Positions 9,811 through 19,812 of a stretch of DNA of 64,000 nucleotides are shown here, piece after piece. The stretch's first letter is position 1. Each line of letters starts with the position of its first letter. Source of the stretch: an uncultured virus (IMG/VR IMGVR_UViG_3300043410_000946) (taxonomy: Duplodnaviria > Heunggongvirae > Uroviricota > Caudoviricetes). Under the pieces are notes generated by a model that was not told the DNA's origin, did not search any database, and was given only the letters and a program-made list of their open reading frames with translations. The DNA lies in the IMG/VR virus record IMGVR_UViG_3300043410_000946. One strand, written 5' to 3'. The position numbers and the translations under genes were made by a program.

Positions 9811-10404
9811 TTATACCACTGTAATGAGTAAATGGACTATTACTTCGTTTTCCAGGTTTACCCAAGCCCCTTCAAAAAATTCAACTGCTGTAACCTCAAT
9901 TGGTAGAACATAATCTCCAGTACCAGGGTCTAGAACAAGTTCTGACAAGTTAATAACATGTGATACTGGATTTAAGTTTCCAGAAATAGAGCACTGAACG
10001 TTAAAATTTTGAGAGGTTATATTTGGAATAGAGTCTATGCTGACAATATTCGTCACCTTAACATTTAAAGTTTTCTTTCCATCAACAAAAATTGCCTGCC
10101 TATTTGTGCTATGGATATTTGGCAATAGTTTTACTGCTGGAACCCAGGTATCTGTGCCACTAACATTTATATATTGATACATATAAAGATATTCATTATC
10201 TGGATCAGATGGCAGTGTGTTAATATACATATCAAAAATCTTAGGTGTTACTGGAAGTTGGTCTGGATTAGAAATTGGGTTTCCATTTCCAACAAAAATA
10301 TTACTACCTCTTTCTCCAGATGGACCAATATTTACATCGACAGTGATTGCTGCTGGTCCACCTAAAACTGTTAAATCTTCTGAGGCTAGTAATGAAATTG
10401 TCAT
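9811..10404 (-). CDS. Virion structural protein
   Basis: GPSGERGS; virion gene context. Confidence 0.5.
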   Translation of the reverse strand: MTISLLASEDLTVLGGPAAITVDVNIGPSGERGSNIFVGNGNPISNPDQLPVTPKIFDMYINTLPSDPDNEYLYMYQYINVSGTDTWVPAVKLLPNIHSTNRQAIFVDGKKTLNVKVTNIVSIDSIPNITSQNFNVQCSISGNLNPVSHVINLSELVLDPGTGDYVLPIEVTAVEFFEGAWVNLENEVIVHLLITVV

Positions 10405-10769
10405 GGCTGAAGGTTTGCTCCGCTAACTTCTTCTGTCACAGTTATTGTTCCAGTAAGAACTGTGTATGTCTTTGCTGGACTTGTAGATTGAATCTGAATA
10501 TCGTATGCGTATGTTGTTGCTGGTGAAAGTTGTCTACCAATTGAAGGAGGAATCTGACAAGCAATATAAGTATTATCGTCTGATACTAAAGCCTCTGCTT
10601 CGAGTTGTGCTGGAACTCCATCCTTACCTCTTACCTCTGCAATTGTAAAAGCAACTGTTCCGTAGTTTGAAAGGTCAAAAACTGTTCCATCTGTCTTTTT
10701 TGGGTATACGTTAAAATCGTAGGTGTCACCACGATAGTAGTTAATGTTTAATTCTCCTGGAAATGCCAT
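10401..10769 (-). CDS. Baseplate/tail Ig-like protein
   Basis: YYRGDT...YAYDIQI...TVLTGTITVTEEV. Confidence 0.55.
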   Translation of the reverse strand: MAFPGELNINYYRGDTYDFNVYPKKTDGTVFDLSNYGTVAFTIAEVRGKDGVPAQLEAEALVSDDNTYIACQIPPSIGRQLSPATTYAYDIQIQSTSPAKTYTVLTGTITVTEEVSGANLQP

Positions 10770-10787
10770 AATAATCCTCCTGGTTTA

Positions 10788-11528
10788 TTATACCACGCTG
10801 ACATATATTGAATCTAAGACTGCAACGGCATCAAAATCTGTTCTCAACTGAGGAACTGCGCCATTACCCCAAATGTCTTTGTTTTCAACAAACAGGTGGT
10901 GGGTTACAGAAAGGCTGTAATCGCCTTGATACTTAAAACTACCAATCAATTTTTGGTCTTCTTTTTCTGTCATTGGAAAGAATATTCTAGACCACACCTC
11001 AGTATTTGGGCTATAGGTTGTTAACTGAAAGTTATAGGTTATAAAAACTTGAGATCCAAGATTTAGTCCCTTAAAGTTAAAATTTCTAGAATTAGGGTTC
11101 CAAAGGCTTACTGTGTCTTTTGGCAAGAATTCTTCATTCTTAAGGTTTGACCCCATTACTAGACTTACCCAGCCATCTTCGCTTCTTGTTACTCCAAGAC
11201 GAATAATTTGCTTGTCATCATTTAGATATGATGCCCATCCAGCCTGCTGCCCTGAAGATGATAAAGAACTTATTCCGTCTTGCCCATTTTTACCTGGAGA
11301 TCCTTTTTCGCCTTTTTCGCCTTTTGGTCCTTCTGGACCTTGTGGCCCTATACTTCCATCTTTACCATCTTTGCCATCTCTACCTGCTGGACCCTGTGGG
11401 CCAACTGGACCAGGTACTGGAAGAAAAGTCAAAGCATTTTCTTGATAATCGTTTTGACCTTGTGCCACCTGTGCAGCATATGTAGATTTTTTAGGGCTTG
11501 GAAAATCCATTGACTTAGATACGGACAT
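10788..11528 (-). CDS. Collagen-like repeat protein
   Basis: Gly-X-Y run GPVGPQGPAGRDGKDG... Confidence 0.75.
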   Translation of the reverse strand: MSVSKSMDFPSPKKSTYAAQVAQGQNDYQENALTFLPVPGPVGPQGPAGRDGKDGKDGSIGPQGPEGPKGEKGEKGSPGKNGQDGISSLSSSGQQAGWASYLNDDKQIIRLGVTRSEDGWVSLVMGSNLKNEEFLPKDTVSLWNPNSRNFNFKGLNLGSQVFITYNFQLTTYSPNTEVWSRIFFPMTEKEDQKLIGSFKYQGDYSLSVTHHLFVENKDIWGNGAVPQLRTDFDAVAVLDSIYVSVV

Positions 11529-11634
11529 AGAGACATTATCTCATGTTATTTAGTCTGAATTTTAAATACTTTATCTTTAATTCTGATCAGTGGTGGCAAT
11601 TCTGGACGGGGAGCAGAAACTTTAACTACAGCCA

Positions 11635-12018
11635 TTATAGTCCTCCAGTAATATCACCAAGTACTGAGATAGTGCCAATAACTGGTGTCCAAACTGTTTC
11701 TCCATCAATTGTAACTTGTAGGTCAAATGATAACTCTGCTACAACGCTTCTATAACCACTACCCCAAAGTTCTGTAATTGAAGAAGGAGCAAGAATATCA
11801 ACATACCCTGGAAAAGCAGTAACTACAAGTTCGTCAAGGTAATCAGATTGAGGATCATAAGAGGTTGCCTTGTATGTCCAGTCAGATGTATTAAAATAAG
11901 TGATTTCATCGTTTTCTAAGAACTCAATGCGTAGTGGTGAGGTATCTCCTCTAACTATGTTCCATCTAATATGAACTGGATCAGAACCAAAAATCTCAGG
12001 TGAGCAGCAACTTGTCAT
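11635..12018 (-). CDS. Baseplate/tail Ig-like protein
   Basis: WNIVRGDT...FDLQV...WTPVIGTI; paralog of 1318-1722. Confidence 0.5.
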   Translation of the reverse strand: MTSCCSPEIFGSDPVHIRWNIVRGDTSPLRIEFLENDEITYFNTSDWTYKATSYDPQSDYLDELVVTAFPGYVDILAPSSITELWGSGYRSVVAELSFDLQVTIDGETVWTPVIGTISVLGDITGGL

Positions 12019-12042
12019 AATAAATGATTATACCATAAAAAA

Positions 12043-12092
12043 TGCTAATACTCAGGGCGGTGGGTATGAAAGACAGCACCTAAGTATTAGCA
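12043..12092 (-). ncRNA. Candidate small hairpin RNA (14-bp stem, 22-nt loop)
   Basis: TGATATAAT promoter just upstream; stem TGCTAATACTTAGG/CCTGAGTATTAGCA with one GU pair; followed by a T run. Confidence 0.4.
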
Positions 12093-12291
12093 ATTTAAAT
12101 TATATCATATCAGGATAAAACGGACATTATTTTATATATATTAAAAAGTTTACCTAATTGTTACAATCCTATATGTCCGATTTGTTATAGTAAGTCATAG
12201 ATTGTCAGAGTTATGGATGGTGTATACTTTAAATATATAAAGAAAAGAAAACTATCTCTAAAGGGTTTATATATTATATATATTATATATA

Positions 12292-12600
12292 CTACTTTTT
12301 ATTTGAAGAAATATACTCTATAAATAAATCGTAAAGATGATCAATTTTATCTTTTTGTTCTTTGCGAATTTCTGCTGCTGACTCTTGTTCTCTCTTAATT
12401 GCTTTAATTTCATCTCGCATTGATGATCCGCCGTTTGTCTTTGTTTCTGCCCTTACATCTGATATTGCTTCGCAAAGATTATCGATTTTATCGTTCATAG
12501 GCTTTGTTTGTGTCTGAATGTACCACTTGATAAAGCCAGCAAGTAATGCTACAATTGATAGCGACGTTAGTATGATTCCGAGAAATTCTTGAGTGGTCAT
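12292..12600 (-). CDS. Membrane protein (N-terminal TM, NGGSSMRD motif; holin-like)
   Basis: Single hydrophobic helix followed by a coiled region. Confidence 0.55.
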   Translation of the reverse strand: MTTQEFLGIILTSLSIVALLAGFIKWYIQTQTKPMNDKIDNLCEAISDVRAETKTNGGSSMRDEIKAIKREQESAAEIRKEQKDKIDHLYDLFIEYISSNKK

Positions 12601-12626
12601 AGCATCTAATTATAAAAGGAATTTAT

Positions 12627-13397
12627 GTGAGATCTTCAATTTTGAAAACACTGTCCCATTCAACCGATATTATTATTTCGCCAGATGCAGATGGTGTCTT
12701 TTCGGCTGAGTTATTAAATCGTTATAATGGCTCTAAAGTCGTCGGCACATACGATAAGAACATTTTATGTCTCGCCGATGGTATAGATCCAAGTAAATGT
12801 CTTTTTGTTGATTGCGATATGAATCGAGAAGAGTTCGTTTCGATTGGAAACCATATGAGGCTTTTAAACGACGGCATGGCAAGTAAATCATTTAATCCAA
12901 ATGTCCATATTGCCAATACGGTATATACGAAAAAGTTTCCTTTTGCAACCGCTTTTTTAATCGCCGACGCAATAGAGGCTCAAACATCCCTATCCGACCA
13001 TATACGCATGGCATATGCAGATTCGACTCTAAAAAATATGGAGTCGTATGCAACAAATATGCGAAATTGGTCTGAGCGGATGAACCATCCTTCAGTAGAT
13101 TATATTATCGATATTTCCCAAGAAAAAGTAGATGCTGATAAGGAATTTAGAAAGACCAATCCAAGCCAAGCAATCGTCTCTAAGCGTTTTGGAAAGGCCA
13201 GGTATATAGAAACCCTCAACGATGCTTTTAAGGCCCTCAAAACGCCTCATGAGCCGATTCTGCAGGGTATAAAGTATATGGCTGACAAAGTAGGTATAAA
13301 CACAGTAGTCAGATATAATAAGGATATAATTTCATATGCAGAAGTCTTTATGGGCGAATATTCTGTTACATACGATCAGGAGGTAGATTGGAAATGA
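12627..13397 (+). CDS. DHH-like phosphoesterase-fold protein
   Basis: SPDADG, FVDCD and GNH motifs. Confidence 0.45.
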   Translation: MRSSILKTLSHSTDIIISPDADGVFSAELLNRYNGSKVVGTYDKNILCLADGIDPSKCLFVDCDMNREEFVSIGNHMRLLNDGMASKSFNPNVHIANTVYTKKFPFATAFLIADAIEAQTSLSDHIRMAYADSTLKNMESYATNMRNWSERMNHPSVDYIIDISQEKVDADKEFRKTNPSQAIVSKRFGKARYIETLNDAFKALKTPHEPILQGIKYMADKVGINTVVRYNKDIISYAEVFMGEYSVTYDQEVDWK

Positions 13398-13594
13398 GTG
13401 ATGATGTAAAGTTTACTGATCTTTTTGATCCTTCTCAGCCAAGAAGCGATCAAGATCTCATTGAATCCCGTCTGGAAATATGCAATTCTTGTGAATGGCT
13501 TCATAAACGACTACAAAAATGTCGTCAATGTGGATGTTTTATGAGATTAAAGTCTACTCTCAAACAAGCCAAGTGTCCTTTAGACAAATGGTGA
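13394..13594 (+). CDS. Cys-rich DUF6171-like protein
   Basis: CNSC...KCRQCGCFMRLK...AKCPLDKW. Confidence 0.65.
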   Translation: MSDDVKFTDLFDPSQPRSDQDLIESRLEICNSCEWLHKRLQKCRQCGCFMRLKSTLKQAKCPLDKW

Positions 13595-13731
13595 TTATTT
13601 AGACTTACCGCAATTGCAATTACCGCAATCACAGGTATCTTCTTTTACTGTATCTAGGGCTTCTTTCGATGTACCCTTTTTTGTTCCCAAAATTTGTAAT
13701 AGTTTCATAAGATCAGTATAGCAGAAAGTTT

Positions 13732-14304
13732 TTATAGTTGTTTATTTAAATACTTCACCATATTTTGCAAGATTGTTGCATTGTCATTTACTTGACCTAG
13801 CACCTTATTGCATGTAGAGCATAAAAGCCCTCTAATACACTTGCCACATGATGTAGATCCCTTGCAGCATGAATGATCATGATCTATTGATAAACGTTTA
13901 TTGTATTTTTCTGCTTCCCCACAAATTTTACAAACACCATTTTGGGATTTTTCTAGATCTACATAGTCATCTCGTGTCAAACCATATTTTTTAAGATTAG
14001 AGATATGTCCGATCAGAGGTTGACAAGTTTTGCAATATGTGTTTTTAGACCAGAAAGATGATTTAGGTAGATATTGCTCACAATAGCGACAATGAATTAG
14101 ATCCCCCTTCTTTTTCTTAGGCATAACTAACTTATGCTCATTACGCTTTAGATCTATCTCTCTTGTACAAACCTTGCAAAAATGTTTATAGCCATCAGGA
14201 GATTTTGCATATTTGTGAAATTCTGAAAAATTTTTAAAATTCTTGCATTTGGTACATTGTTTCTTATCTGCTAAAACTATTGGGTGTTCGTGTTGTTTTC
14301 TCAT
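13732..14304 (-). CDS. Endonuclease VII-family (HNH-type) nuclease
   Basis: YGLT...QNGVCKIC...LSIDHDH...IRGLLCSTCN; N-terminal Zn ribbons. Confidence 0.8.
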   Translation of the reverse strand: MRKQHEHPIVLADKKQCTKCKNFKNFSEFHKYAKSPDGYKHFCKVCTREIDLKRNEHKLVMPKKKKGDLIHCRYCEQYLPKSSFWSKNTYCKTCQPLIGHISNLKKYGLTRDDYVDLEKSQNGVCKICGEAEKYNKRLSIDHDHSCCKGSTSCGKCIRGLLCSTCNKVLGQVNDNATILQNMVKYLNKQL

Positions 14305-14487
14305 ACCTTTAGTATACCAGAATTTCAGATTTTATTCAGATTTTAGTTTTACCATTTCCTGAAAATATTGGTTTGGTGTACGATACAATATAACAAAAAA
14401 TAAAACCAAAAAAGATAGTGAGCACTTTTTCTCTACCTCTTTTGGTTTATTTGTTGATTGTGGGAGATCACTACACCCCCCAAAAAT

Positions 14488-14664
14488 CTAGATACTAGTA
14501 CCCTGCAAGTAACCATCAATACCCAACAGGTCACAAGTGACTTTCATGCGTTGATTCTGATTTAATGTAGATTTAAATAATTCAATAAAATCTAATACTT
14601 CTTGCTTAGATTGTAATTCAATATTGCGAGTGTTACCTGCCATAGATGTTAATGTTACCTTCAT
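14488..14664 (-). CDS. Small early protein, paralog of 17620-17805
   Basis: 58 aa MKVTLTSMAGNTRNIEL...MKVTCDLLGIDGYLQG, read manually. Confidence 0.6.
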   Translation of the reverse strand: MKVTLTSMAGNTRNIELQSKQEVLDFIELFKSTLNQNQRMKVTCDLLGIDGYLQGTSI

Positions 14665-14825
14665 GCGTAAGCCTCCTGTAATTCAGCAATTCTGTTTTGG
14701 ATAGATACATATGCGACTGCACATGTGTAGCAATATTCTTCTGTAGGGATTCCACCTAATACCATGGCATCTACGCCACTATAGACTAGTTCTGTTGATT
14801 CACAGCGTGGGTTATTGCATTTCAT
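14661..14825 (-). CDS. Small Zn-finger early protein
   Basis: GGAGG RBS; CNNPRC...CYTC. Confidence 0.55.
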   Translation of the reverse strand: MKCNNPRCESTELVYSGVDAMVLGGIPTEEYCYTCAVAYVSIQNRIAELQEAYA

Positions 14826-15062
14826 TAGTTTTCCTCCATAGGTTCTAGTTCTAATTCTGTTACACATTCATGGCATATAGGATAATCAAACCTATAGTCA
14901 AACTTATCATCATCTAAGTTGTCTAAACAATTCTCACAATATGTTAGGTCATTCATTAGTTGCCCCCTTTGAGCACTTACATGGGTTAATTGTTATTGTG
15001 TTACCTTGCATGGTAACTGTTGCTAGTGTTGAGCAACCATCACATAGATAGATATGCATAGG

Positions 15063-15257
15063 TTACTTACCTACCTTCCATGATGAGTAGCGAATACCAC
15101 AGTCATCATCATAGAAAGAGAAGCGTGTGATATTCTGCTCACATACTTCACAGAAAGTGTAGTAATCAGCATCATCAGCGTTGTGTGCAACAACTGAGAT
15201 AGCAGACTTATTTGGGACATGCTTTGTGCATGTATCTTGAATTGTTAGTGTAGTCAT
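15063..15257 (-). CDS. Small early protein
   Basis: GAAAGGTGG RBS; promoter upstream; CxxH...CxxC. Confidence 0.6.
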   Translation of the reverse strand: MTTLTIQDTCTKHVPNKSAISVVAHNADDADYYTFCEVCEQNITRFSFYDDDCGIRYSSWKVGK

Positions 15258-15741
15258 TTGAGACCACCTTTCTTTTTGTTAATTTATTTAATCTTATTTA
15301 ATTTTTCTTATGTAATAATACTAGCAGATACCCTGCAAAATATCAACTTACTAGCCAGTATTTTCACATATTGAGACGCTCAGCCTGTGTGATTTAGGTC
15401 ACTTATTTGCTACGCTCATATAACAATTTGTTATCTTATTTGGTAGGCTCATTGACCTTTTGCCCTATTTAATTTTCTATAAGAGAATAATAACACATAA
15501 TACCCCAAAAGTCAAGGGTCTAGACGGCGTGTCGCATGTGATTTAGACCACAGTACATATAGGACAAAACGGACATGTGCCTCGGGCCCCCTGTGGATAA
15601 CCCTGTGTATAACTAATGTGGTGTATATCACAAAAATAGTTTGCAGAAACACCCAAAAACACCCCCTATTTGTCGTACCCCCATGCTAGACTTTCTATAT
15701 AGAAAGTTAAGGAAAGACCTTAAACTAGAAAGGAATTAGAA

Positions 15742-15924
15742 ATGACTAATTCAATGCATGAAAGAGCGAAAGGTTTCGCTACAGTTTCAGACTACCCTAG
15801 AGGGTTAATGAATGAATGTGTGTGTGGGCAGGTTGTCCTAGCACCTAAGTTATTCCATGACGGATGTGCATGGTGTGATACCCATAACGACTACGCTACT
15901 AAATGCGTAGCGCTACATAACTAA
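15742..15924 (+). CDS. Small early protein
   Basis: GAAAGGA RBS downstream of the 15671 promoter. Confidence 0.6.
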   Translation: MTNSMHERAKGFATVSDYPRGLMNECVCGQVVLAPKLFHDGCAWCDTHNDYATKCVALHN

Positions 15925-15960
15925 ATATAAATAATTAACTACTAAAGAAAGGTTCAACTA

Positions 15961-16200
15961 ATGAACACTAATGAATACTATGAAGAAATCCGTAAGGATA
16001 TTGCTAAAGATTTTGGTCTAGAGGCAGGTGGCTATATGCCACGCCCTAAATACTACATAACAGTAAGAGAGGCTCAACGCCTTAACAATAAGTACCCTGC
16101 TACAGGTTCAACACGATTTGATATTGTGCCAAACCCTAAAGCGGTTGTAATAATTAAACGACTAAAGGCAATTCGTATTGCTAACAATTGGAAAGGATAA
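15961..16200 (+). CDS. Small early protein
   Basis: GAAAGGT RBS. Confidence 0.6.
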   Translation: MNTNEYYEEIRKDIAKDFGLEAGGYMPRPKYYITVREAQRLNNKYPATGSTRFDIVPNPKAVVIIKRLKAIRIANNWKG

Positions 16201-16202
16201 AA

Positions 16203-16370
16203 ATGAGTATTTATATCTCACTTAAATCAGTGTGTGGAGAAAAATCTGCACAAGTTGATATCTATGATGTTGAATTAAATCCAGATGGTGTTATCTGTTG
16301 CGATAATTGCCAATCAATCTTGATGTGTCGCAAGGCATGGGACTTTTTATATAAAGGAGTAAAGAAATGA
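16203..16370 (+). CDS. Small Cys-containing early protein
   Basis: GAAAGGA RBS; ATG at 16203. Confidence 0.55.
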   Translation: MSIYISLKSVCGEKSAQVDIYDVELNPDGVICCDNCQSILMCRKAWDFLYKGVKK

Positions 16371-16732
16371 AAACCCTACAAGAAAAACTAAATGAGGCTG
16401 CAAAAGCACTTGAGCCAATTCTAGAAGAAACACTAAAAGAAATTGAGGAAAACTAATGAACGAAATAACAAAAGCATTTGAAGATGCAATTCAATTGGAT
16501 CATTTAACACTTGAACAACTAAAAGATTTAGAAAAGATTCTCAATAAAATAGTTATTCAATCAAACGCATAAATATGCGCCCCGAGAATTTGCCTCGGGA
16601 AAATGTGGTCTAAATCACAATCCCTTATTTCCCAAATGTCCGTTTTGTCCTCTCCAATTTGTCGTACCCCTGTGTTATGCTTAAGGCATAGAAAGTTGAG
16701 AAAGGTTCTCAAACTAGAAAGGTTAGGTCAAA

Positions 16733-16993
16733 ATGACTAACACAAATATCGTCAAGGCACTTGATAGTGCTATCGTTTCAGGCTACAAATCTTGGAGCCA
16801 TGTTCCATATCACTACAATGACTACAATGTAAAGGGTAATGACCCTACTTGTAAGCATGAATCTTGGACAGATGTTCAAGGTGTCTCAACTAGACAACCA
16901 TACTTCAATCGCTATTGCGATTCATGTGGTTATCGTAAATTGTTCGTGATGTATGCAAAGTATTGCAGAACTACAAAGAAAGGTCGTAAATAA
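16733..16993 (+). CDS. Small Zn-ribbon early protein
   Basis: RBS; CKH...CDSC. Confidence 0.6.
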   Translation: MTNTNIVKALDSAIVSGYKSWSHVPYHYNDYNVKGNDPTCKHESWTDVQGVSTRQPYFNRYCDSCGYRKLFVMYAKYCRTTKKGRK

Positions 16994-16994
16994 T

Positions 16995-17201
16995 ATGACT
17001 ATTGAAATTTTTAGAATGACTGGCGAAGGTGCTGGTTGGGTTGATATTTCAGAAGCAACTTCTGATGAAAAAATGAATATTGAATTAGGTCTAATGACTA
17101 ACCAATTTCAAATGATGTGTTTCAAATGTCATAAGCCAATTCCAAAAGGAAATGTTTGCTTTGACCATAAAGATGTGAAAGGGGGTATCTACCTTGACTA
17201 A
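16995..17201 (+). CDS. Small early protein
   Basis: GAAAGGT RBS; CFKC...C..H. Confidence 0.55.
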   Translation: MTIEIFRMTGEGAGWVDISEATSDEKMNIELGLMTNQFQMMCFKCHKPIPKGNVCFDHKDVKGGIYLD

Positions 17202-17619
17202 GAAAATTGTTCTAGTTACTTTTGTAACTGATGCTGATTCTGATTTGAAAGCAGTATTTAATTTAAATAAAGTGTTTGCAAAACTTTCTGATGATGAGTT
17301 AGAAAAGTTTGAAGCATTTCAGGTTTTGGATGCAGAGTAAAATCTGCTCCAAAAATCCCGATGCAGCGATCAAGATTCCTCGGGCCGTGTGGTATAAATC
17401 ACATTCAAAATGTCCGTTTTGTGCGTGTCTAAACTTGACTTTTTGAGATTTATCTGCTAGTATTACTACTATAACAATTAAATAAAGGACAAAAAGGCTA
17501 ATGAGCCTAAGCAAATAAATGTGACTAGTATCACAGTGAGCCTTAGCAAATAAATAGCCAATTTGTCAGACCCCCCTGATAGGATAGTCTTATCAACTTA
17601 AAAAGAAAGGTGACAACTT

Positions 17620-17805
17620 ATGTCATATAAAGTCCGTCTTGAGACTGCAAATGGTTCAGTCCATAATGTATCTCTTCCCTCAAAAGGTGCAGTAGCACAA
17701 TTCATCTCAACTTATCCAAATCAGATTCCAATTGGAATCTCAATGCGTGTGTCATGTGACGCACTATGTGTTTCAGGTATAATTCGTGGAAAGAAGGTTC
17801 TTTAA
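17620..17805 (+). CDS. Small early protein, paralog of 14488-14664
   Basis: GAAAGGTG RBS after the 17564 promoter. Confidence 0.6.
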   Translation: MSYKVRLETANGSVHNVSLPSKGAVAQFISTYPNQIPIGISMRVSCDALCVSGIIRGKKVL

Positions 17806-17806
17806 T

Positions 17807-18067
17807 ATGACTAACACAATTCAATTCGCTTATTTTCCCTTTGAACACAAGGGAATTCAATTCGTTTCTAAAATTGCAGAAACCTGCTCATACCTTCCTC
17901 AAATCGTAAATATTGGTGAAGAATTTATCGCCATGAATAAGGGTGCAATAGATGAACTTATGCCAATGCTTGAGGATTTATCTACTGAGGAAATCCTTGA
18001 ATCCCTTGCAGTTATCAACGAAGGCGGAACAGAAATGTTTCTTGAATTGGTAGGTGTTGCAGAATGA
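17807..18067 (+). CDS. Hypothetical early protein
   Basis: ATG at 17807; operon context. Confidence 0.55.
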   Translation: MTNTIQFAYFPFEHKGIQFVSKIAETCSYLPQIVNIGEEFIAMNKGAIDELMPMLEDLSTEEILESLAVINEGGTEMFLELVGVAE

Positions 18068-18367
18068 TGACTCGTAAAGACTATGTAGAAACCGCAAAAA
18101 TTCTAAATAAGTTTATTGAGAGAATTGACTCTCATGAATTTAATGATTTAGTTTTTGAATTTAGTGAGTGGTTCTTAGAAGATAACCCAAGATTCATAAC
18201 AGAAAAGTTTGAGGAGGCTTGCTATAATGTCAGCAAATAGAATCTTAACAACGCTAGTGCAACTAATGTTAGTTGGTGGTTGTATTGCAGTAATTCGTTT
18301 AATGTGGTTTGATTTAAAAAATGATTTGAATGAAATCAAAAACGATTTGCGTAAAAAGTAAATCAAT

Positions 18368-18394
18368 AATCCTGAGTAAGATTTAAAACTGCTC
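18368..18394 (+). ncRNA. Repeated 3'-UTR H-type pseudoknot, copy 1
   Basis: AATC-CT-GAGTA-A-GATT-TAAAAC-TGCTC. Confidence 0.65.
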
Positions 18395-18562
18395 AAAAAT
18401 TCCCGAGACCCTCGGCGCTGACGGCGTGTCGTGATCCATGTGAGATTTATCACATTAGTTGAGCGTCTCATTATTTGAAAATACTCCATAGTAACTTGAT
18501 AATTGTCGCACCCATAGTGTAAGATATTTATATCAAGTTAATTAAAGAAAGAAGGTCGCCTC

Positions 18563-18763
18563 ATGGCTAATCTATACTCCATCCCTTCCCTACTAGTGGG
18601 AAAGACATATCGCTCAAAGACCCTAACAGGTGAAATTGTAAGTGCAGAACCTCACCCTGCACCAATTTGGTATGAAGGCGCAGAAGCCTATCTAATTGAG
18701 GTTAAAAACCCTGCTTCTATTCACACCTCTTACAGAACAGTTGCAGTAAAGACTAGTAACTAG
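18563..18763 (+). CDS. Small early protein
   Basis: GAAGGT RBS after the 18504 promoter. Confidence 0.6.
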   Translation: MANLYSIPSLLVGKTYRSKTLTGEIVSAEPHPAPIWYEGAEAYLIEVKNPASIHTSYRTVAVKTSN

Positions 18764-18769
18764 GTAGGT

Positions 18770-18803
18770 GACTAGTCATGGGCGCCCCAACCTATGACTA
18801 GTC
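18770..18803 (+). terminator. Stem-loop after gene (terminator-like)
   Basis: GACTAGTCAT.../...ATGACTAGTC inverted repeat. Confidence 0.45.
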
Positions 18804-19120
18804 CTGTACCCACCAACCCATGACCATTCATATATAACAAAAGTTTATTAAGATAAAGGATTATGTCCATGTGATTTTGATCACAAAATAATTTTAAGAA
18901 ACTTTAAAAATATCCCCCAATTTGTCCCCACTTTAGGATAAGATTAAGTTATTAAGTAGAAAGAAGGAAGACCCATGGAAGATACTTGTATAGGTTGTAA
19001 TGAGAACGCAGTTAGCATTACAGAATTGTATTGCTTAGATTGCTACCTTGACCATTACGCAGAATCACTTGCAGTCGCAGAAGAAATTAACCAACTATTT
19101 ACAGTAAAGGAAGCCAACTA

Positions 19121-19336
19121 ATGGACTATGAATATGTAATTACAAGTGCCTATGACGGAGAAGCCCCTCATTGGACACAACGCTATGAAAAAGAATATGG
19201 CGCATGGGAGAATTTCTTTCTCTTTACTGATTGGGGTATGGCTAAGGAATACCGCACAGTTAATCTATACACACCAACAGGTAAGTGTTATACCAAGATA
19301 TTCTATCGTGACGGAAGGGTAGTAGTGAAAGCCTAA
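19121..19336 (+). CDS. Hypothetical early protein
   Basis: AAGGA RBS; 71 aa ORF. Confidence 0.6.
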   Translation: MDYEYVITSAYDGEAPHWTQRYEKEYGAWENFFLFTDWGMAKEYRTVNLYTPTGKCYTKIFYRDGRVVVKA

Positions 19337-19472
19337 TGAATACCTATGATATTTGTGGCTCAGTAAGAATTGTAGCCAACTCAGAAGATGAAGCGTTAGA
19401 TATAATGGACAACCTAGTCCGCCAAGCACTAATTGAAGATTACCATGTAAATGAAATTGAGGTACAGTAATA

Positions 19473-19811
19473 ATGGGATACACAACAGCGCAAGAACTAG
19501 CAACAATTCTAGACCTTAACTCAAGCCTTGCCATGCACTTACAGGCTAATCACTATCCGCCAGTACCTACTAGCATGGTACAGCCTTGTATAGATGCTAT
19601 AGATGCATATCACGATGAGGACTATCAGCGTGAGATTGAATTGCCTGAAGGCGTATCATGGCGTGGCAACACAACTGCCCCTGCCTCAGCCATTGTAGAG
19701 GCACACCACCTAGACGCATGGCTACCTCATGCATGGGATTGTGATTGTGGAGATTGTGTCTATGCTGCTAATGAAGATAATGGATATGAAATGGGATTGG
19801 GGTTAGAATAA
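19473..19811 (+). CDS. Hypothetical protein (HLxxNHYPPVP / HHLDAW motifs)
   Basis: GAGG RBS; His-rich motifs. Confidence 0.65.
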   Translation: MGYTTAQELATILDLNSSLAMHLQANHYPPVPTSMVQPCIDAIDAYHDEDYQREIELPEGVSWRGNTTAPASAIVEAHHLDAWLPHAWDCDCGDCVYAANEDNGYEMGLGLE

Positions 19812-19812
19812 A

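Noticed and set aside
12203..12228. TGTCAG...TATACT as another PafBC-type promoter
   Set aside because: Spacer is 14 nt, not 10
17335..17350. GAGTAAAATCTGCTC as a seventh pseudoknot copy
   Set aside because: Has the stem 2 halves only; lacks stem 1 and the CCT lead-in, so at best degenerate
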